Assembly (NCBI RefSeq): GCF_000760515.2
Contig: NW_013546301.1
Span: 1-33,691, forward strand
From: Mitosporidium daphniae
Lineage: Eukaryota
Direction: 5' to 3'
Length of the DNA stretch: 33,691 nucleotides
The stretch's first letter is position 1, and each line of letters starts with the position of its first letter. This document shows positions 25,224 through 33,691 of this stretch, piece by piece. Position numbers and translations under genes: made by a program. The notes beneath the pieces were generated by a model. The model did no database searches and was not told the DNA's origin. It saw only the letters and a list, made by a program, of their open reading frames with translations.

Positions 25224-27334
25224 CTAATATATGGGATCATTTATTTTAATGCTCGAAACCACTCTACACTCATCTGCCAGCGATACTGCCTCTTCCCTTT
25301 CCTAGAAAACAAATAAAATGTCAACATTTTCTTACAGGAAGCGAAAGCTCTGAGATGATGTTGGCCAATTTCAGTGCTTTGTCAGCTTGCTCTGTTTGCT
25401 TGTAATATTTGGCCAAGGCGAGGGCAATTTTTGCCCAAAAGGAGTCTAAATAGGAGACGGACTCGTTCTAGTCATTAAGGAGTGCAACACGTGCCTGATT
25501 GTACTTTTTGCTATTGTCCAAGAAAAGCTTTCCATTTACAAAGCACTTGAGAAGCGACAGAGGAAATCGATCCATTTTTGTAGCGCAGAATCCATTAACG
25601 TTCAAATATAGCTCTGCGAGGGCGCCTGCTGCTTCTAGCCGTGCCTCATAGATTCCGGGAAGAGAAACTTCCCAGAACTTGAAAATCTCTTCAATGTTTT
25701 CGCTAAATTCGATCCTGGAGGAGCTGGACGAAAAGCAAGGCTTGCATTTGGTGCCTAAGTTTGATTAACCCACAACCACTGCGTTACCAACTAGCAATGC
25801 GGTCAAGTATGCATTCGCTGAATTGCTCTGTAAAAGTGCATCTGGATACGCATGGTTTTGATGAAAATTCTCTTCCAAAACCGAACCAAGGGCAGTCCAC
25901 ATCCTGGGATCCTCGGGTCTCAATTCTTTGGCTTTTCTGAAGCAATAAATTGCAGCGGGTCGATCCTCTTGAAGGGAATACACATGGCCCAGGCCAAACC
26001 ATGATCTATAGTCAAAGGGAGAGATTTCTTGATCAGTTGCAAATAGTGCACTTACCTAGTGCGCATCGATATCTATCAATGGCCTCATCCAGCCGCTTGG
26101 ATTGGACTAGCTCATGCCCGGAAAGAGTCCAGGCCATAGAATAGCCTGGATCTACGGTCAGCGCTCTGCTGAACATATCTAAAGCAGCCTGAGAATCTCC
26201 ATTTAGCGAAAATAAGTTTCCAACAACAATCAGAGCTACAGCAGATCGTTCATCGATTGATTTAGCGCGGGCTGCCAATAGCTCCAGGGACACAAAATCT
26301 TCACTTAGAAATAGCAGGTTTGCCAGGATGTCAAATCCTTCCAACGAATAGTTGGAAATCGTCATGTCCAGAAAAGATTGAACCAAAGGCAAAAAGGAGG
26401 TCGATGCAGAAGCACTCTTGGTTCTTTTTAAAATTTCATTTTCAAGTACAAAAAGCCGGATAAATTGCGAAGCTTTGTAATGCTCGGGAAAGCCATTGAG
26501 CATGGAAGAATACTTTTCTAAAGAGGACTCCCCTGCTTCGAAGCAGGGGATCAACTCCTTATGGCATATTATCTGAAAAAACGGGAACAAAAACAGCTGC
26601 TGGAGATCACAATCTGATTGAACCTGTTTCACCTAAGAGAAGCACGAATACAAACCTGCTCTGCTCCGCTGATCGTTTGAGACAGGTAATACCAGCACGA
26701 CCAATTGCCAGCATACTGAACTAGGGAAGCCCTAAAAGATGCGGCAGCCTTGTTTCTTGAGTTTGACTTGAATAAAATGACTCCTTTTCTTCAAAGTTAG
26801 ACAAAGAAAAGTAATTACAAAAACAGCAGAAATGCTCTGGCAATTCCCTCAGATGACTTTGATAGAGCGACTTCTGTTCGGCCAAGTAGTGGGAACAGCG
26901 CGTTTTTCAATGCGCTTCTCCATTGAACTACTTTCGAATAGTAATACTCTTTTGAAACGCATCGAAAATCAAGAGTCACACATTGCGAAGTCTCTCTTTC
27001 AAGTTTTAGAAGATCAAAATAGATGCACAAGAATTGCCCAAGTGGGCAGCCAGCTTCTTCCCATTTCGAGTAAAAGTGGGAGGCTCTTGCAAATGCTCCA
27101 GTTGATAAGCAGGACCATGCATATCTTGCATCGGATTCTGGCATTTTGGCTCCCACTAAAATAAAGGCCTCTGAAAGTAAAGAGGGAAGACAAGGAGGCA
27201 CCCCGGAATTAATTTGGCAAATCCTATTCGAACATAAAGCAATCAACACGGGATTACCATTCCTTTGCATAGGGTAAAGAATAGATATGACAAAGAGTAA
27301 AGGATAGCGCAAGTTCGCCTTTTAAGTGATCCAT
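25224..27334 (-). CDS. CDC23: APC/C subunit Cdc23/APC8 (TPR), about 7 introns (e.g. 27224-27257, 26633-26655)
   Basis: GNWSCW, AWTLSGHELV, AIDRYRCAL, PFDYRSWFGLG, LRPEDPRMWTALG, C-terminal EREEAVSL. Confidence 0.85.
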
Positions 27335-27360
27335 CCACAAAATTACAAATTTATTTTCAC

Positions 27361-27782
27361 TTAAAAATGAAACTTAAAATCGGGAGCATCGATGGATTCG
27401 TCAGAATTTGCCAGAATCTCTCTGGACAAGATGTTGGACGAAAGACCCAATGTCTGGCGATTTTTAGCAATACCTTCGGCTATTAAGCGCTCTTGTCTAA
27501 GACGGAATGCCATGTGTGCGCCAAATAACTGCTCCGCGCGGATTTCAGATAAAGTGGCGTCAATGGAATGCCAATTCTCCAAATTTGCCTGCAGGGGATG
27601 CTTCTCGGCATGTTCCGAAGCAGCGACGTCCCTAGGCCCAAATCTCAAATTATCTCTCGGACCATAGGCTCCATATGTCTCATCTATAACTTCGTTTCTA
27701 TTATCTTGCGCCAAATAATTCTCGAAAAAGGGTGGCTTAATGAAAGACTAGAGGGTGAAATTATTTTCAAATCACATACCAT
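27361..27782 (-). CDS. UMP1: Proteasome maturation factor Ump1/POMP; intron 27748-27779 directly after the ATG
   Basis: NLRFG, HPLQ, FGAHMAFRLRQE, EILANSDESID; ATG followed by gtatgt...ctag, then in-frame SFIKPP. Confidence 0.85.
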
Positions 27783-27980
27783 GTCTAATTGCTGAAAATA
27801 AAATTTACCATCTCACCCTCACCCTAAGCCTTTGAATGCAAATTTTATTAAAAATTTAATTTCCAAATATATGAATACGGCCAATCAGACGATCCACATG
27901 TCCACTGGTGGGAAATGGCCAATCGGAGCAGGAAACAGGGCAATTATGTAAAGTTCTTTTAACGAGCCATTTTTAATGCC

Positions 27981-29099
27981 ATGAATAATAATAGCGGTGA
28001 AAATATTGTATTTAGGTCGTCGAAAGAAGAGTATTCAGCATACTCAGAAACATCGGCGTATTCAGCAACATCGGACGAGGAGGGGCCATACGAATGGGGC
28101 GGAGATGGATACATGAATACTAAATTTCCAAAGCCGGATATCCCATATGTTGAGCTTATCGTAGAGGCATTGGAAAGTGCAGCACCAAAAAAAATGTTAA
28201 CGCTTACGGAAATTTATAAAAGGATCATGATGAAGCATCCATACTTTAAGACGGCCCCGTCAAGGTGGAGAGTAAGGCAGTAGCATTTTTATCTGTAGAA
28301 CTCGATCAGACACAACCTTTCCTTGCACCCGAGATTTGCAAGGGTCGCTCAGGCAGACAAGTCAAAAGGATCATTTTGGAAATTTGCTACGGGAGATTCT
28401 AACGAAGAGCCCAAGCCACAAAGTTCGTTAAAAATGAGCAATTCAAAGAGGCAAATGAATCCCCGCATACTGGCTGGGTATAAACAGGCCATTAACTTTT
28501 CTCGTGTACAAAATCCGGAAAATAGCCGACCGATATTCTCTGTCAAACATCCAGCTTCGTTTCGAAAAAAGCAAAAGAAGGTTAAAATAAAGAAAAAAAA
28601 GAAACATACGGAAGGATACACCGATTTTTATGATGACGACAGCTCCCTATCGCCTTCTTTGAGATGCTGGTCTCCGATAGCCCAAATTTCGCGGCTCTCC
28701 TCGGCAGGAGAATCTGATGATGAGAAAAACGAATGCCAGCAAAAAAGAGGCAAACTAATTTTAAATCTTGACTATGGCGAAGATTTGAATCCTGTAAATA
28801 TCTTTTCATACTTAGACAACTTGAAACCGGTGGAATCTCCAGTCATATGGTTCAAGGCACAAAACTCGAATCAACGAGCAGAAGCTGAATATGGCTATTC
28901 GCATTCGTATTATAAAAAAAAATATTGGATACTGCCTCAATACAACTATGCTGCTCAATGCAATTATGCTGCTCACTATCAAGCCGCCATACCCCGCCCA
29001 TCTATAAAATCGATTCCAATTGCATATCCATCAGTAAGAAAGATAAACAATGCAGGCAACAGATTGTCGGATCAAAATACAATTTTTTGCTCGGAATGA
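27981..29099 (+). CDS. Forkhead-box transcription factor; intron 28272-28298
   Basis: KPDIPYVELIVEAL, LTLTEIY, HPYF, spliced WRNSIRHNLSL, KGSFW; basic NLS-like tract KKQKKVKIKKKKK. Confidence 0.92.
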
Positions 29100-29321
29100 T
29101 AGAATAGAGGAGGATATACAAATGAACGACAACTCACGCTAGCAAAATGATACCGTTTCACCGGGCCAGGGGATCGCATTAGTTGAAACGCTTTTAAAAT
29201 GGTCCTAAAAGCAGCGAAAAGAGCTTCTTTGGAAGTCAGGAGAGATAGATCGCTTCTGAAGCTTCTAAGAAAATAAATGCACAAACATTTAGCAACCGAT
29301 AAAGTTCCCGTGGAGATCGAA

Positions 29322-29870
29322 TTAAATTGACGAGATTAAAAGGTTGATGTGGCCAATCAGAGAGGTTTCAGCTTTGGCAATCACAGAAAATACGCACAAT
29401 ATGGAAAACAGGGATGATTCCGTAATTTGAGCCGGCTTATTTGCATAAAAGTCGACCAGCGTATCGAATGCATCTTGAGCATTGAGAAGATTTTCTGCGA
29501 TGATAAAAAGAAGGTCATGAAGGGAATTCAGAACGAAATAATCAAAAAAGCCGGAGCGAAGCAGATTTTCGTAGCAAAAAAAAAGGTACTTTACTTGAAT
29601 GCCTATTGAGTTCAGCTGCGAAGCTTGCCTATGCAAGAGCATAAAAGGATCCTCCTGATACAGTGCATCTTCTTGCTTGGTCCCAGCGGGATCATCCCCA
29701 TCATTACCATGATCATCATCGTCATCACGAGGGTGTTTCAGCCGTTGCATGTAACTGATCAGAATTTCGACGAAAGTTTGAACAGAGCCAAATAGCGCCT
29801 TCAAATTGGCTTCTATTTCGTGCGCATTTTTCAAAAACTCGAGACAAATAGCTTTCGGTCTGCAGCTCAT
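29322..29870 (-). CDS. Hypothetical protein; may continue by splicing towards about 29100
   Basis: 182-codon ORF with its ATG preceded by an AT-rich AAATTT-like tract; no family recognised. Confidence 0.5.
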   Translation of the reverse strand: MSCRPKAICLEFLKNAHEIEANLKALFGSVQTFVEILISYMQRLKHPRDDDDDHGNDGDDPAGTKQEDALYQEDPFMLLHRQASQLNSIGIQVKYLFFCYENLLRSGFFDYFVLNSLHDLLFIIAENLLNAQDAFDTLVDFYANKPAQITESSLFSILCVFSVIAKAETSLIGHINLLISSI

Positions 29871-30050
29871 TAAAATTAAAATTTACATCCATTGAACGAC
29901 AATAAATTGTGGAATGAATGGTCAATTAAAACACGACAAATTATGGCAAGTAAACGATGATAAATTGTGGCAATTAAAAGCCGATAAATTGCACCACTAT
30001 GCCACTCGGTGGTACATATAAACACTCAAAAATGTCCAAGACATCACAAA

Positions 30051-30458
30051 ATGTATAAAAACATCCTCATTTTATCATACATTCTCGTTATCTTTGGATT
30101 CTCTCAGTATCATTGTGCAAGCCCATTGGAGGAAACTATGGAGGTGTCTCAAGATGCAGAAGGAGCTGCAAACACAGCTGGGTGCAAAGGCGATCGATGC
30201 AAATTAAAGGTCAAGTTTGAAGAGAAAGGACATCTTCATCGTCCATGCCGTGAAAAGTGCAGGGATTTTGAAGGCTGCGATTCATCTGACGACGGCAGAG
30301 GATGGAATTTTGCCGGCAGAGAGACGATTGAAATAGAAGGTATCAGAAGGGGCCATCACCATCACCATCACCATCACCATCATCGTCACCACCACCACCG
30401 TCATCACGACCATCGTCACTGCCATCCATATGACAGATGGTGTGGTAACTTCTATTAA
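30051..30458 (+). CDS. Orphan secreted Cys-containing protein with a C-terminal poly-His tract
   Basis: Hydrophobic N-terminus MYKNILILSYILVIFGFS, TATAAA about 35 nt upstream, His run HHHHHHHHHRHHHHRHHDHRHCH (from 30354). Confidence 0.8.
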   Translation: MYKNILILSYILVIFGFSQYHCASPLEETMEVSQDAEGAANTAGCKGDRCKLKVKFEEKGHLHRPCREKCRDFEGCDSSDDGRGWNFAGRETIEIEGIRRGHHHHHHHHHHRHHHHRHHDHRHCHPYDRWCGNFY

Positions 30459-30659
30459 CAATCTGCTTCAATTCGCCATCTGCTTCAATTAACAAAATAA
30501 ATTTTTTGCAATTGNATTGTGTGTAGAATTTTAAAATAGAAGAATCGCTTTTTGCATGTGATGATTTGAACTCAAATGTACAACATAAAATCTTTTCGAA
30601 ATTCAACTAACTACACGTACTGTCAACTTAGCAAGGTTTGCACTCTATTTTTACCGTAG

Positions 30660-31247
<588 letters not shown>

Positions 31248-31262
31248 TCTCGTTTTCTAATA

Positions 31263-31292
31263 TACTACTATTACTACTACTACTACTACTAC
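31263..31292 (+). repeat. (TAC)n microsatellite in the Arf1 3' UTR, followed by AATAAA
   Basis: Read directly from the sequence; one imperfect unit. Confidence 0.9.
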
Positions 31293-31472
31293 AATAAACC
31301 CACTGTAAAGCCAGGCTTCATTTCTTAGCTTTGCCCTTGTAACTAGTTGAGCGCTGTTGGCTGCTTGGTATCGATTGGGTGTGCGGTGGGAGTAGTTTGC
31401 AAGGGGAGGTTTATTAGTTAATTTATGTTGTCATTATGGTGCAGGGTTGTATATTTATAGCGTGGCTGGCTA

Positions 31473-32337
31473 TTATTGCCTTAGCCTGAGAAATAGGGCG
31501 TGTTTTGAGAATGGACTATCTGGCGGAAGATACTTGTCATAAAAATTTACAAGAAACGATTCGCCCTTAAATCCAAACCGGTTATATAGTATCAATGCAG
31601 GGTTATTTACAAACACATGGAGCGTGATGTCGGTTTCGGGACACTCCTATTTGATGAGCGCTGGTTGACAAACCTTAATTAAATGGTACAGAATGGTTGC
31701 CCCAACGCCTACCCTTTGCCAGTCTGGATGGACGATCAAATGCGAAAGATATCCGGAAGACGAGATCAAACCCGCACCGATGACCAATGATTGATACTTG
31801 GCTATGACCGTGTATTCTGGCGCGAACAGGGCATCCTTTACTAGAGAACGTTATTATCCAACCAAATACCATCTATGCCAGGCCAAAAGAATTGACACAG
31901 CAACGAATTGACGCAGCTAAGATCTTTTTCACAAAGTCGCAGATACTGGATTGAGTGTGCACACTTGTGTGTATTCGCAGGATTGACTCTGCCAAGCAGT
32001 TCTTTGTGAAGAGCAAGTTTCCTGGGAAGAGAAAGTAGCGACATAACAGAAAGAGTGACGGGAATATCATATCCCAGTCGCTGGCTATATATTTCTTTGG
32101 GGGGCTTGCTTTTCTTCTCTTTGGTAAAGGAGGATGTCTCTATTTTATAATTTGGTGTGAATGGCTTCTCCAGGGCCTGTATGGGTTCCCTGCTAGACAG
32201 ATACGATAGGAAAAATTTGAAAATCGAATTATCTAGTCAAAAAGTGTCATCGGGGACGTACTGTGTGAAATATCAACATCATTGCTGGCGGAAGGATCTG
32301 GAATTGGGATATTTTCCCAATAAGAAAGCGGGTCCAT
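31473..32337 (-). CDS. KAT14: KAT14/CSRP2BP/ATAC2-like GNAT acetyltransferase, 259 aa; introns 32233-32261, 31841-31869, 31647-31673
   Basis: Spliced product contains VNSLLCQFFWPGID, VHPDWQRVGVGATILYHLI, DITLHVFVNNPALILYNRFGFK, FYDKY and terminal KHALFLRLRQ, matching my recollection of the KAT14 C-terminal GNAT domain; exons total 780 nt with no internal stop. Confidence 0.88.
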
Positions 32338-32360
32338 ACAATTGAAAAGTTGAGAATTTA

Positions 32361-33663
32361 TTACAATTTAAGTGTGGTTTGGGAGACCAGCCTTTTCAGA
32401 TGCAAATAGTCGGGCGAAAGGTCTCCAAAAATGTTGAGCTCGCCCCTGGGATTTTTGGAAATCTCAGCAATCGACGCTGAACCCCTGTGGACCATCAGTG
32501 TAGATGTGGCCTCGTTAAGGATGCATCGCAAATAAGGCAAGACGGAGGCGATTTGCGCGCGTAGTGTTAACAAAGAGAGGTTCCCGTTAATTATTTGAAT
32601 CGATCCAAAGTCAGCGGGCTTTATGACGGGATCGTATTTGGAAAAAAGAAGTGCCACAATATCATCATCCTTTTTCTCAATTTCATGAACCGGCAACGGC
32701 TCCAATATGTACTTTGTGCCCTCATCATCATCATCCTTTGTCGATGGCATGGTGGCCATTTTGCCTTTAATCCGTGCAATTTCTACATTTTCCTTGGAGT
32801 GGAACACGAGCGACGAGATCAGAGACTCGGAAAGCGTGATGTGGAATATGTTGGTCAATTCAGAAATATTGATCCTCTTTCCCTCTACAAGAGCAAGAAC
32901 GATTTCTTTTGATGATGGCGAGGAAGAGGCCGTAGATAGGTCGTCGCCCTCGTCAATGTAGACGTCCGAAAATGCCAACTTGTACCATTGTGAAAGATAA
33001 ATCGTTTCATCTGAGCCTCCATGTAACAAAATCAATTTTTTTGGCATCAATTGCGTTAAGAGGGACTTCAAGGCCCTTCCATCGGACCTGATGAAATAAT
33101 CAGTCCACTTAAATGAACATTCAATCTTTGAGCTTGTGGAAAATGGAAATTCCTTCACAAGCCGACAATAGGGATCCGAAATGACGTCTTCGTTTTCCTT
33201 TGCGCCCAATGAATTGAGGGGATCCGACGAGAGGACACCAAGGATAGAAAGTTGATCTCCCAAGCTGGGCTGATGCTTCTGGGACAACGTGGAGGCTGCA
33301 ATTTCGAGCGAGGAAGTATCGGTCTTTTGTTGGTCAAATGAAAACATGGGCCAATCTGCTGGATCCAGTAGTTCCCCATAAGCAGATAGAGGCCGTCTTT
33401 TCTCTTTGTGTGGGAAAATGAACCCATTGGACATGGTGAAGCTTGCCATCCGCGAAGACGGGTGTGTTTTGTCGAGAAATCCGCTTTTCAAGGACGGATC
33501 TGCTACAGACCTACCAGGCTGCGGTTCATTTTCATCATCGTGGTTTTGGTTGTCTTCCTCATGCAGATCCTCATCCTCTTCTTCTTCATCTTCTGCCTCA
33601 ATGGTGGAATGCATTTCCTTTTTTGAAAGCTTTGGAATCTCTTCCTCGGAGAGCACAATTCTC
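32361..33663 (-). CDS. CPSF2: CPSF100/Cft2 (CPSF subunit 2), 3' exon; 5' part lies outside the window
   Basis: YGELLDP, RSDGRALKSLLTQLMPKKLILLHG, C-terminal IFGDLSPDYLHLKRLV; splice acceptor at 33664. Confidence 0.85.
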
Positions 33664-33691
33664 CTGTAATACTAAATTAGATGAATTTGTT

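Noticed and set aside
31473..31650. Possible snRNA (Sm-site-like AAATTTTTATG on the minus strand) in an apparently ORF-free region
   Set aside because: It is the last coding exon of the KAT14-like gene (VNFYDKY)
32177..32204. GT...AG 28-mer resembling an intron in KAT14
   Set aside because: Splicing it would break the frame, and the unspliced sequence is open

Overview
Gene-dense window from a compact eukaryotic genome, probably a Rozellomycota / early-diverging microsporidia-like parasite that still has a DNA-bearing mitochondrion (the taxon is an inference). Reading by hand gives about 27 protein-coding genes split by about 60 tiny GT-AG introns of 23-42 nt, which is why the ORF track is fragmented. 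Several intergenic gaps are only 4-54 nt. Recognisable genes: PreP/Cym1, frequenin, Spa2/GIT, Csl4, an RluA-type pseudouridine synthase, Ctk1/CDK12, SRPK, Pmp3/Sna, HMG-CoA lyase, verprolin, Grp94, Bub3, a MAPK, CDK5RAP1/MiaB, PLPBP/YggS, Cdc23, Ump1, a forkhead TF, Arf1 and CPSF100. A 4-exon KAT14/ATAC2-type acetyltransferase appears only after splicing. Most notable: two orphan secreted proteins that look like one family with swappable repeat modules and a shared upstream motif; the compact KAT14; an in-frame TAG or 15-nt intron in PLPBP; divergent start codons 12 bp apart; and a MAPK with an SEY activation loop. No RNA genes, mobile elements or CRISPR arrays were recognised. All splice models are manual predictions, and family assignments come from recalled motifs, not database searches.
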